From NCBI GenBank assembly GCA_903830945.1, contig CAIKVT010000025.1, positions 7,816 through 71,815 of the forward strand: DNA of 64,000 bases. The letters are read 5' to 3'. This DNA comes from an uncultured Elusimicrobia bacterium. GTDB lineage: Bacteria; Elusimicrobiota; Elusimicrobia; UBA1565; UBA9628. Position 1 is the stretch's first letter; each line of letters opens with the position of its first letter. A program made the translations under genes and the position numbers. Positions 8,861-17,298 of the stretch are shown in pieces. A model generated the notes under the pieces. It worked only from the letters and a program-made list of their open reading frames with translations, ran no database searches and was not told the DNA's origin.

Positions 8861-10296
8861 GCCAGGGCTGGCTGACGCTGTTCTGGGTCCTGCCTGCCGT
8901 CGGGGGCTTGATCGCGCTCATTAACCGCCAAGGCCGGTGGACGTCCTTGGTTTTTTCCCTGGCGACCGCCCTCTACGGGCTGCTCCTTTTGGGACCCGCC
9001 TCCAGTGGGGCCTGGCACGTCCCGGTTTCCTCCTCTTCCTTGGCTTTCGGCATCAGCTATCTCCTGGACTGCGACGGCCTGTCCTTGTCCTTGTGCTGGC
9101 TGACCGCCTTTCTGACCGTGGTCTGCGTCATCGCCTCCTGGAACAAGGATTTCTCCCGCGGTTATTGGGCCGCGTTCCTGTTCTTGGAATCGGCTCTGAT
9201 CGGCGTGTTTCTCGCCCGCGACCTGTTCCTCTTCTTCGTGTTCTGGGAGGCGGTGCTCATCCCCATGTTCTTCATCATCGGACTTTGGGGCATGGAGGGC
9301 CGGCGGCACGCGGCCATGAAGTTCTTCCTATTCACCTTCTTCGGTAGCATCTTCCTGCTTCTGGGCAGCATCGCCTTGGTCACCCGTCACCACGCGGCCA
9401 CCGGTGTCTGGACTTGGGACATGGTCGCGCTCAAGGGGCCGAGCGGGACCGCGGGTATCCTGATCTTCGCGGCCATGGCTTTAGGCTTCGCGGTCAAGAT
9501 CCCCCTGGTGCCCCTGCATACCTGGCTGCCCGACGCGCACACCGAGGCCCCGGCCGCGGGCTCCGTGATGTTGGCCGGGGTCCTGCTCAAGATGGGGGTC
9601 TATGGCTTCCTGCGCGTGCTCTGGCCGGTCTTCCCGCAACTGAGCCTGGAGCTGATGCCCTGGCTCATGCTTCTGGCCGGGGTTAACGTGGTCTACGGCG
9701 CCCTGTGCGCCATGGCCCAGAAGGACCTCAAGCGCCTCATCGCCTATTCCAGCGTGGCGCATCTTGGCTTCTGTCTCTTGGGAGTGGTCTCGCGCACCCC
9801 CGAGGGTCTGCTGGGCGGCAGCCTGCAGTTGCTTAACCACGGCATCACCACCGGCGCGCTCTTCCTGCTCGTGGGCTTCCTTTACGACCGCGGCCATCGC
9901 CGGGGGCTGGGCGATTACGGCGCGCTCTACAAGCGCGCACCCTGGCTGACCTTCTTCTTCGGCTTCGCGACCATGGCTTCGGTGGGCTTGCCGGGCTTGA
10001 ACGGGTTCGTGGGCGAGTTCATGTCCTTGATCGGGGTGGCACGGGTCCTGCCCAGGTTCGTTTTCGTTGGCGTGCTCGGGGTGATGATGTCCGCGGCTTA
10101 CGCTTTGCCAGCGTATCAGTCTGTATTCTGGGACGCGGAAGGCAAGGCTTCGGTGAGCGCCATAGTCACTGACCTGGACCGCCGCGAGGCGGGCCTGCTC
10201 TGGGTGCTCTGCGGCGCGATGCTCGCGATCGGCCTTTATCCGGCCCCTTTGTTGAGGGTCCTGGAACCTTTCCTTCTTGGGCTGGTGTCGCGATGA
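8857..10296 (+). CDS. nuoM: NADH-quinone oxidoreductase subunit M
   Basis: The start MSQGWLTLFWVLP at 8857 forms an ATGA overlap with nuoL. FVFWEAVLIPMFFIIGLWG and HTWLPDAHTEAPAAGSVMLAGVLLKMG are typical of NuoM. The upstream part of the track ORF (8545-8856) lies inside nuoL. Confidence 0.9.
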   Translation: MSQGWLTLFWVLPAVGGLIALINRQGRWTSLVFSLATALYGLLLLGPASSGAWHVPVSSSSLAFGISYLLDCDGLSLSLCWLTAFLTVVCVIASWNKDFSRGYWAAFLFLESALIGVFLARDLFLFFVFWEAVLIPMFFIIGLWGMEGRRHAAMKFFLFTFFGSIFLLLGSIALVTRHHAATGVWTWDMVALKGPSGTAGILIFAAMALGFAVKIPLVPLHTWLPDAHTEAPAAGSVMLAGVLLKMGVYGFLRVLWPVFPQLSLELMPWLMLLAGVNVVYGALCAMAQKDLKRLIAYSSVAHLGFCLLGVVSRTPEGLLGGSLQLLNHGITTGALFLLVGFLYDRGHRRGLGDYGALYKRAPWLTFFFGFATMASVGLPGLNGFVGEFMSLIGVARVLPRFVFVGVLGVMMSAAYALPAYQSVFWDAEGKASVSAIVTDLDRREAGLLWVLCGAMLAIGLYPAPLLRVLEPFLLGLVSR

Positions 10297-11693
10297 CGGC
10301 GATGCTCTGGCTGCCCATAGCCGTGCTCTCGGCCGGAGCCTTGTCCGTGCTGGCGATCGGCATGGGCGCGACACCTGGGCGGCCGATACCATGCGGGCTC
10401 GCCAAGGGCGTGGCGGCCGCTGCCGTGCTGCTGGCCCTGGTCCTTTCGGCCATGACGCCCGAGGCTGTTCGGCCGCCTCTGCTGCGTCTCGACATGCTGG
10501 GCGGGAGCATTCAGCTTGTGTTTTTGGCCGCCGCCATGCCGCTCCTCTTTGTCATGACTCCCGGCGATGAGGTGCCGCCGGCCTTGGTCCTGGGCAGCCT
10601 GATCGGCATGGCCCTGGTCGCGGCCGCCGGCAGCCTGCTGATGCTCTTCATCGGCCTGGAGCTGATGTCCGTGCCCGCGTACCTGTTGGTGGCGCGCTCT
10701 CGCTCGACCCGAGCCATGGAGGCGTCGGTCAAGTATTTCTTTGCCGGGAGCGCGGCCGGCGCGCTTTTTTTGATGGGGATGGCCCTGCATTTCTCCGCGG
10801 CGCACAGCCTGGACCTGGCCTCGGCGCCGGGTCCTCTGGGGGAGGCGGGCCTGGCGCTGATGATAGCCGCGGCCCTCTTCAAGCTGGGCGCGGTGCCCCT
10901 GCATTTTTGGCTGCCGGATGTGTATGAAGCCTCCGACCCGGAGCTGGCTGGATTTTTCTCCACGGGCCTTAAGGCCGCGGCTGCGCTGCTGCTGGCGCGG
11001 CTGGCCGGACTATCCCAGGGCCCTATCCTTTCCATCCTGCCGTGGGCCGCGGCGCTGACCATCCTTTTTGGGGCGGTCGTGGCCTTACGCCAACAGAAAC
11101 TACAGCGCCTCTTGGCTTATTCATCCATCTCGCACGCGGGATTCATGATGCTGGCCGTGGCTGCCTGGGCGCGGCAGGGCCAGGCTTCCTCGGCGGCGGG
11201 TGCGCTTTTCTTTTACCTGGCCGCTTATCTATTCATGAGCGGCGGGGCTTTCCTGTGGCTGAAGGTCTCGGGCTTCTCCAGTCGTGAGCAGCTCAAGGGG
11301 CTCGGGCGCGTGCGTCCGGCCGACGCGGCGGTGTTGAGCGTCTTGCTTCTGGCCTTGGCCGGCATCCCTCCGACCGCCGGGTTCGCGGCCAAGTTCCTGG
11401 TTTTCTGGGAGGCTTTCAAGGCCGGCCTTTATGTGCCACTGGTTTTGGCTGGGCTGGGAGCCTTGTTGTCTTTGGGCTATTATCTGGGCCTGATCCGCGA
11501 CATGTATTTCGACGAGCCAATGACGGCCAAAGTAATTTCCGAGGGTCGTCAGGACCTGGACACTGCCGCGTCCAGCTCAGTCGAAGCGGCGCTCGGACAG
11601 CGCGCGCTGGTGGCCGCTTTCGCCGTGCTCACCGTTCTGTTGGTCGTGATGCCATGGCTGGTGGATGGGCTCTGGGCCGGAGGGGGGCGATGA
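10293..11693 (+). CDS. nuoN: NADH-quinone oxidoreductase subunit N
   Basis: 466-aa antiporter-like subunit with FIGLELMSVPAYLLV, HFWLPDVYEASDPELAGFFSTGLK and AYSSISHAGFMML. Confidence 0.85.
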   Translation: MTAMLWLPIAVLSAGALSVLAIGMGATPGRPIPCGLAKGVAAAAVLLALVLSAMTPEAVRPPLLRLDMLGGSIQLVFLAAAMPLLFVMTPGDEVPPALVLGSLIGMALVAAAGSLLMLFIGLELMSVPAYLLVARSRSTRAMEASVKYFFAGSAAGALFLMGMALHFSAAHSLDLASAPGPLGEAGLALMIAAALFKLGAVPLHFWLPDVYEASDPELAGFFSTGLKAAAALLLARLAGLSQGPILSILPWAAALTILFGAVVALRQQKLQRLLAYSSISHAGFMMLAVAAWARQGQASSAAGALFFYLAAYLFMSGGAFLWLKVSGFSSREQLKGLGRVRPADAAVLSVLLLALAGIPPTAGFAAKFLVFWEAFKAGLYVPLVLAGLGALLSLGYYLGLIRDMYFDEPMTAKVISEGRQDLDTAASSSVEAALGQRALVAAFAVLTVLLVVMPWLVDGLWAGGGR

Positions 11694-12043
11694 TGGCCGT
11701 GGCCTTCGTCTTCAACCTCGTCGCGGTGGCGGCCATCGTGGCGTTTCTGGCGAACGCGGGCAAGCTCTTTGGGCCTGAGGCGAGGCATGAAGGCGACGCT
11801 GATCTTCCCTATGAGACGGGCCTGCCTCCGATGGAGGAGGCGGGCCTGGGGATGAGCGTTTTGTATTGGCGCTTCGCGGTGCTCTTCGTGGTCTTCGACG
11901 TGGACCTGGCCTTCCTGCTGCCCTGGGCGCTCAATCGCAACGCTTTTAACGGCCACGCCGTGGTAGCGGTGACCATATTCGTTGGGCTCTTGGTCTTCAT
12001 GCTGGGTTATTTCTGGCGGAAGGGGTCTCTTTCATGTCGCTGA
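11690..12043 (+). CDS. nuoA: NADH-quinone oxidoreductase subunit A
   Basis: The start MMAVAFVFNL at 11690 overlaps the nuoN stop. PYETGLPP...FAVLFVVFDVDLAFLLPWA is the NuoA signature. Confidence 0.8.
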   Translation: MMAVAFVFNLVAVAAIVAFLANAGKLFGPEARHEGDADLPYETGLPPMEEAGLGMSVLYWRFAVLFVVFDVDLAFLLPWALNRNAFNGHAVVAVTIFVGLLVFMLGYFWRKGSLSCR

Positions 12044-12513
12044 TTCAGCAGCTGCCCGAGGGAAATCTCGTCACCACACAGGTGGACGCGGCGCTGGGCT
12101 GGGCGCGCAAGTATTCCATATTCCAGTATCCGTTCGTGACCGCCTGCTGCGGCATGGAGTACATGTCCGCGGCGGCGTCGCACTACGATATGGACCGTTT
12201 CGGCGCGGGCTTCCCGCGCTTCTCGCCCCGGCAGGCCGATCTTTTGATGGTGGTGGGCACGATCTCGCATAAGATCGCGCCGGTCCTGCGGCGCATCTAC
12301 GACCAGATGGCCTCGCCCAAGTGGGTGATCGCCTTCGGGGTGTGCACCTGCACGGGCGGGTTCTACGACGATTATTCCACGGTGCAGGGCATCGACACCA
12401 TCCTGCCCGTGGACGTTTACATCCCGGGCTGTCCGCCGCGGCCGGAGATGGTCCTTCACGGCCTTACTCTGCTGCAGGAGAAGATCCAGAAACAGGGCAG
12501 GCGCGGCCGATGA
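12034..12513 (+). CDS. nuoB: NADH-quinone oxidoreductase subunit B (N2 4Fe-4S)
   Basis: FVTACCGMEYM...SPRQADLLMVVGTISHKIAPVLRRIYDQMASPKWVIAFGVCTCTGG...YIPGCPPRPE. Confidence 0.95.
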   Translation: MSLIQQLPEGNLVTTQVDAALGWARKYSIFQYPFVTACCGMEYMSAAASHYDMDRFGAGFPRFSPRQADLLMVVGTISHKIAPVLRRIYDQMASPKWVIAFGVCTCTGGFYDDYSTVQGIDTILPVDVYIPGCPPRPEMVLHGLTLLQEKIQKQGRRGR

Positions 12514-13046
12514 AGTTCGAGACCCAAACCGTCGCCTCCGCGCAGGCCTTCGCCGCCTTGCGCCAGCTCAAGGCCGGCGACTACAACGTCCTGATTGACC
12601 TGACTGCCGTGGACTACTCCCTTTACGGCAAGTGTCCGAAGCCCATGGGTTGGGAGCGGAACTTCCCGTCCGGAGGCCCTCAGGAGAGGAAGGAACGCTT
12701 CGAGGTCGTCTATCGTCTGGCCAGCCTGGACCCGGCCACGGGCCTGGAGGGCAGGCCCCGCCTTTCACTCCATGTCCCCTACGACGAGGGATCGGTCCTG
12801 CTCTCGGTCATGTCGCTCTGGCCCAACGCGGATTGGCTCGAGCGCGAGGTCTGGGACATGTTCGGAATCAAGTTCGAGGACCGGCCGGAGATCAAGCGCC
12901 TGCTCCTCTACGAGGAGTTTGTCGGCCATCCTTTGCGCAAGGACTATCCGGTCAAGAAGCGCCAGCCTTTGATCGGGCCCAAGTCTGGCGAGCTTCCCGA
13001 CAGCCCAAGTTTTAACGTCGTGCGTCAGGAGATTCCCTTCGAATGA
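12510..13046 (+). CDS. nuoC: NADH-quinone oxidoreductase subunit C
   Basis: The start MKFETQTV at 12510 forms an ATGA overlap. LTAVDY...FEVVYRLASL...SLWPNADWLEREVWDMFGIKFEDRPEIKRLLLYEEFVGHPLRKDYP. Confidence 0.85.
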   Translation: MKFETQTVASAQAFAALRQLKAGDYNVLIDLTAVDYSLYGKCPKPMGWERNFPSGGPQERKERFEVVYRLASLDPATGLEGRPRLSLHVPYDEGSVLLSVMSLWPNADWLEREVWDMFGIKFEDRPEIKRLLLYEEFVGHPLRKDYPVKKRQPLIGPKSGELPDSPSFNVVRQEIPFE

Positions 13047-14362
13047 CGCAGAAGAAGACCTATTTCCTCAACATGGGCCCGGCCCACCCGACCATGCACG
13101 GCGTCATTCATCTGATCCTGGAACTCGACGGCGAGCGGGTCGTCAACACTGAAGTCGAGATCGGCTATCTGCACAGGGCCTTCGAGAAGCACGCGGAGAC
13201 AGAGACCTGGAACAACGCCATCCCCTACACGGACCGGCTTAACTACGTCTCTCCGCTGATCAATAACACCGGTTTCTGCTGCGCCGTGGAGAAGCTGGCC
13301 GGCGTGACCATCCCGGAGCGCGGCCAGTATCTGCGCGTCATCGCCTCGGAGATATCCCGCGTCGCCGATCACCTGACCTGCATCGGCGCCAATGCTATGG
13401 AGCTCGGCGCCTTCACGGTATTTCTCTACCTGATGGAAGGCCGTGAATACCTCTACCAGCTCATCGACGACCTTTGCGGCGCGCGCGTCACCACGGACTA
13501 CACGCGCATCGGTGGGGTCAAGGCTGACTTACCCGAAGGCTTCATGGACAAGTGCCGTGGGGTGTTCCCCAAGATTCGCAAGCTCGCGGCCGACTCCGAG
13601 GCTTTGCTCACCAAAAACCGCATCTTTCTGGATCGCGTGGAAGGCGTGGGCGTGCTCTCGCAGGCGGATGCTTTGGCCTACGGCATCACCGGCCCTTTCC
13701 TGCGCTCGACCGGCGTGGCCTACGACGTGCGCCGGGCCCATCCCTATCTGGTCTACGACCGTCTCGACTTCGAGGTGCCGGTGGGAAGCAGGGGCGACAA
13801 CCTCGACCGCTATCTGGTGCGCCTGGCCGAGATCGAGCAGAGCCTGCGCATGCTCGAGCAGTGCTTCACCCAACTGCCCGATGGGCCCGTCTCTTCGACC
13901 CCCTGGGAGATGAAGGATGCCTTCCGTTTCGAGGACATGGGCAAGGCAGGCAGCACGGCGTTGCTGCCGCGTTGCTTGGCCAAGACCTGCCGTACGCTCG
14001 AAGGATCGAGCCGGAGCAAGGCTTCGGGGATCATGGTCCAGGACCCCGTATTGGCCATGCCGTCCAAGGAACAGGTCTACGGCAACATCGAAGGCCTCAT
14101 GAACCAGTTCGAGACCGTGATGTGGAGCTGGGGTGTGCGCGTGCCCGCGGGCGAGGCTTACCATGCGGTGGAGGGGGGCAACGGAGAGTTGGGCTTTCAC
14201 ATCGTCTCCGACGGTTCAGACCGCGCCTACCGCGTGCGCTGTCGACCGCCGTGCCTGTTTATCATGGCCGCCTTGCCCAAGCTTTTGAACGGCGGGTATG
14301 TCGCCGACGTGGTGGCCACCTTCGGTTCCGTGAACATGATCGCCGGGGAACTGGATCGATGA
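13043..14362 (+). CDS. nuoD: NADH-quinone oxidoreductase subunit D, with an apparent internal insertion
   Basis: NMGPAHPTMHGVIHLILELDGERV...EIGYLHRAFEKHAE...GELGFHIVSDGSDRAYRVRCRPPCLF...GSVNMIAGELDR. At 439 aa it is longer than the roughly 400-410 aa typical of stand-alone NuoD. Confidence 0.95.
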   Translation: MTQKKTYFLNMGPAHPTMHGVIHLILELDGERVVNTEVEIGYLHRAFEKHAETETWNNAIPYTDRLNYVSPLINNTGFCCAVEKLAGVTIPERGQYLRVIASEISRVADHLTCIGANAMELGAFTVFLYLMEGREYLYQLIDDLCGARVTTDYTRIGGVKADLPEGFMDKCRGVFPKIRKLAADSEALLTKNRIFLDRVEGVGVLSQADALAYGITGPFLRSTGVAYDVRRAHPYLVYDRLDFEVPVGSRGDNLDRYLVRLAEIEQSLRMLEQCFTQLPDGPVSSTPWEMKDAFRFEDMGKAGSTALLPRCLAKTCRTLEGSSRSKASGIMVQDPVLAMPSKEQVYGNIEGLMNQFETVMWSWGVRVPAGEAYHAVEGGNGELGFHIVSDGSDRAYRVRCRPPCLFIMAALPKLLNGGYVADVVATFGSVNMIAGELDR

Positions 14363-14387
14363 GCGCTTTCTTGCCTGAGGATTGAAA

Positions 14388-15554
14388 ATGATGATTTCCT
14401 TGTTGCGTCTTGCCAGGCTGGATAAATTGCTGCCGTTAACCATCTTCTCAATATGGTCGTTGTGCTCTTGTTCATCTGTTGCATACAGGCCGGATCAAAT
14501 CCAGGCCGGTATGCTGGAGGTCACGGGGGGCGGAGCACAGTCTGCGCCGTTCGCGCTTTCATTCGCGGCGCGATTGCTGGATCAGAAAGATGAGCCGATC
14601 GTCGGGCTGTCCTTGAGGATCGGACTCGCGGACCTGGACTCTAAGGAACTCGTGACGGAATGGCATGGCGCCACGGATCAGCATGGCACTACGCGCGTCT
14701 TGATTTTGGATGCTCAAGCGCGTCAGCCTGCAACGTGGATGGATGGCATCACGTTGGAATTCCCAGGCGATTGGCAATCGGACTTGGCAAAGATAGGGGA
14801 GGCCGTGGAGATAAGCCCTGCTCGGATATCAATGTTCTTGAAGTGCAAGAAAGGTTCGTGTCGCGTGGAAGCCGAAGATTATCAGCCCTTGAAAGATTTT
14901 ACGTTTCGGGTGAAACGCATTGAGCACATCGATCAGGCGCAGAAAGCCGCTTATGCAACGCAGCTCAAAGATGAGGAACGCGAAGCACATGCGGCAGCAC
15001 AGCGCCAACTGGAAAAAGACCTGGCGGAAGTCAAGCGCAGGCAAGATGAGGAGGCAAAAGAGGTTAAGCGCAAACAGGAAGAGGGGGCGAAAGAAATTAG
15101 GCGCCTGGAGAAGTTCAGACAGAATAGGGATAAGGCGCATTTTAAATCCTTTGAAGATGCACAAACATTCTTGTCATCGCTCGGAGATGGAGGAGATAAA
15201 GATCCCGAAGAGTATGGATATGCGATTGCGATGGCGCGTGATCCCATGTCTTTGAAGGGACGGGTGATCGTGATGCGAGTGAAAATCGTCCAAACCAACG
15301 GCATCGGCCAATTCTTGATGACAAATTATCCTTCCGTTTACTCCATGTTCCCCGGCAGCGATATGCGCGATGGCCTTTGCATGGGATTCGTGACGCCACA
15401 TTATGAAGGCAGCAAAGAGTTCGTCGACGACCAAATAGTCGATATCGTGGCAGAGGTCACGGGCACCATCCAATATGCGACAGCGATGATGGGTTCGAAA
15501 ACAGTGCCCAAACTCCGGATTTATGGGATTCGGGCCTCAGGGGTTGAGCCTTGA
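14388..15554 (+). CDS. Hypothetical lipoprotein with a central Lys/Glu-rich coiled coil, inserted between nuoD and nuoE
   Basis: ATG at 14388 preceded by GAGGA. The signal plus a possible lipobox reads ...PLTIFSIWSLCSCSS. The central part is QLKDEEREAHAAAQRQLEKDLAEVKRRQDEEAKEVKRKQEEGAKEIRRLEKFRQ. No recognisable domain. GC is visibly lower than in the flanking nuo genes. Confidence 0.5.
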   Translation: MMISLLRLARLDKLLPLTIFSIWSLCSCSSVAYRPDQIQAGMLEVTGGGAQSAPFALSFAARLLDQKDEPIVGLSLRIGLADLDSKELVTEWHGATDQHGTTRVLILDAQARQPATWMDGITLEFPGDWQSDLAKIGEAVEISPARISMFLKCKKGSCRVEAEDYQPLKDFTFRVKRIEHIDQAQKAAYATQLKDEEREAHAAAQRQLEKDLAEVKRRQDEEAKEVKRKQEEGAKEIRRLEKFRQNRDKAHFKSFEDAQTFLSSLGDGGDKDPEEYGYAIAMARDPMSLKGRVIVMRVKIVQTNGIGQFLMTNYPSVYSMFPGSDMRDGLCMGFVTPHYEGSKEFVDDQIVDIVAEVTGTIQYATAMMGSKTVPKLRIYGIRASGVEP

Positions 15555-15601
15555 ATCGTTGCATCCGTCAGTCGGGATCGTCGGGGCAGAGGGCCAGTTA
15601 G

Positions 15602-16072
15602 ATGAGCGCTTTGACCTTGGAGCAGGAGAAGGTCTTGAAAGCTTGGGCCGCGCGCTATCCCGCCCCCATCATGGGTCTCGTCGAGGCCCTGCGCCAGGTC
15701 CAGCGATGGCACCGCTGCGTCACGGACGAGGATGAGGAATATCTCGCCAGGCTCTTCGACGTGCCGCGCGTGCGCATCCATGAGGTCGCCACCTTCTTCC
15801 CCAGCTTCACGCAGAAGCCCACGGGCCGGCATCGCATTGGCATCTGCCGGGGGCTTTCCTGCAGCCTGGCCGGTTCCCAGTCGATGTGCTCCTGTCTGGA
15901 GAAGAAGCTCGGCATCAAGGAAGGTGCGAGCACTCCTGACGGCCGGTTCAGTCTGGAGACCATGGAATGCCTGGGCGCCTGCGAACAGGGGCCGGCTTTG
16001 ATGGTCAACGACGAGCTCAAGGGCGCGGCCACGGAAGAGTCCATTTCCCATTTGCTGGAGGAGCTTGAGTGA
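15602..16072 (+). CDS. nuoE: NADH-quinone oxidoreductase subunit E (2Fe-2S)
   Basis: ICRGLSCSLAGS...LETMECLGACEQGPALMVND is the thioredoxin-like 2Fe-2S cysteine pattern. Confidence 0.9.
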   Translation: MSALTLEQEKVLKAWAARYPAPIMGLVEALRQVQRWHRCVTDEDEEYLARLFDVPRVRIHEVATFFPSFTQKPTGRHRIGICRGLSCSLAGSQSMCSCLEKKLGIKEGASTPDGRFSLETMECLGACEQGPALMVNDELKGAATEESISHLLEELE

Positions 16073-17298
16073 CTAAGCTCCTGACCGCGCATTTCGACGA
16101 GCCCAAGCTCCACGAACTGGAGACCTACCGCCGCCTGGGCGGCTACGAGGGCTTGAAGAAGGCCTTGGCCATGGGCCGTGAAGCGCTCATGGCCGAGATG
16201 GGTAAGTCCAACCTGCGCGGCCTTGGTGGCGCCGGTTTCGGCGCGGCCATGAAATGGAGCACTGTCCCGCCGGAGTCTAAGAATCCCGGCCCTCGCTACG
16301 TGGTGGCCAACTGCGACGAGTCGGAGCCCGGGTGCTTTAAAGACCGAGTCCTCGTCACCCGCAATCCCCATCAACTCATCGAAGGCCTGCTTATCGCTGC
16401 CTTCGCCATCGACGCTTATCGCGCCTTTATCTTCATCCGCGGCGAATACGAGGTCCAGTATAAGATCCTGGAGAAGGCTTTGGACGAAGCCCGCGCCGCC
16501 GGCCTTATTGGCGCATGTTCCATCGACCTCATGCGCGGCGCCGGCGCCTACATCTCCGGCCTCGACACCGCTCTGCTTGAGACCATGGAAGGAAAGAAGG
16601 CCTGGCCTCGCCAGCCGCCGCCGTTCCCTACTGCCGCGGGGCTCATGGGCCGACCCACCGTAGTCAACAATGTGGAGACCCTCTGCATGGCGCCCCATAT
16701 CGTTCTGCACGGCGGGGATTGGTTCGTCAAGCTGGGCACCCCCAAGTCCGGCGGCACGGTCCTTTTCAGCGTTAGCGGACATGTGGCGGATCCCGGCGTC
16801 TATGAGTTCCCCATGGGAACTCCGCTCAAGGATATCCTGACCGCGGCCGGCGGGGTCAGGGGCGGCAAGAAGCTCAAGGCCGTGATACCGGGCGGCGTCT
16901 CCACCCCGGTCATGACCTCGGACGAGCTCGACACCCCTATGGATTTCGAGGGGCCGCGCGCCAAGGGCACCTTTTTGGGCGCGGGCGGCGTCATCGTGCT
17001 CGACGAGACCGTGGACATGGTCATGGTCGCGCACAATATCGAGCGCTTCCTGTCCCATGAGTCCTGCGGCCAATGCACTCCCTGCCGGCAGGGGAGCTTC
17101 TGGCACGAGCGCATCCTGGAGCGGGCCTTGAGCGGCGGCGGCACGGCCGAGGACCTTGTCGCCTTGGAGCGCGCGGGCGAGAACATCACGGGCCAGGTCA
17201 TCTGCGCTTTGGGCGACACCGTGGGCGTGGTCACCCGGGCCCTCATGAAGAAGTTCCCTGAGGATTTTAAATCCAGGTTCCCGGAGCGTCGTGGCTAA
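16069..17298 (+). CDS. nuoF: NADH-quinone oxidoreductase subunit F (FMN/NADH site, 4Fe-4S)
   Basis: GLGGAGFGAAMKW, VVANCDESEPGCFKDR and ESCGQCTPCRQG. The GTG start overlaps the nuoE stop. Confidence 0.95.
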   Translation: MTKLLTAHFDEPKLHELETYRRLGGYEGLKKALAMGREALMAEMGKSNLRGLGGAGFGAAMKWSTVPPESKNPGPRYVVANCDESEPGCFKDRVLVTRNPHQLIEGLLIAAFAIDAYRAFIFIRGEYEVQYKILEKALDEARAAGLIGACSIDLMRGAGAYISGLDTALLETMEGKKAWPRQPPPFPTAAGLMGRPTVVNNVETLCMAPHIVLHGGDWFVKLGTPKSGGTVLFSVSGHVADPGVYEFPMGTPLKDILTAAGGVRGGKKLKAVIPGGVSTPVMTSDELDTPMDFEGPRAKGTFLGAGGVIVLDETVDMVMVAHNIERFLSHESCGQCTPCRQGSFWHERILERALSGGGTAEDLVALERAGENITGQVICALGDTVGVVTRALMKKFPEDFKSRFPERRG

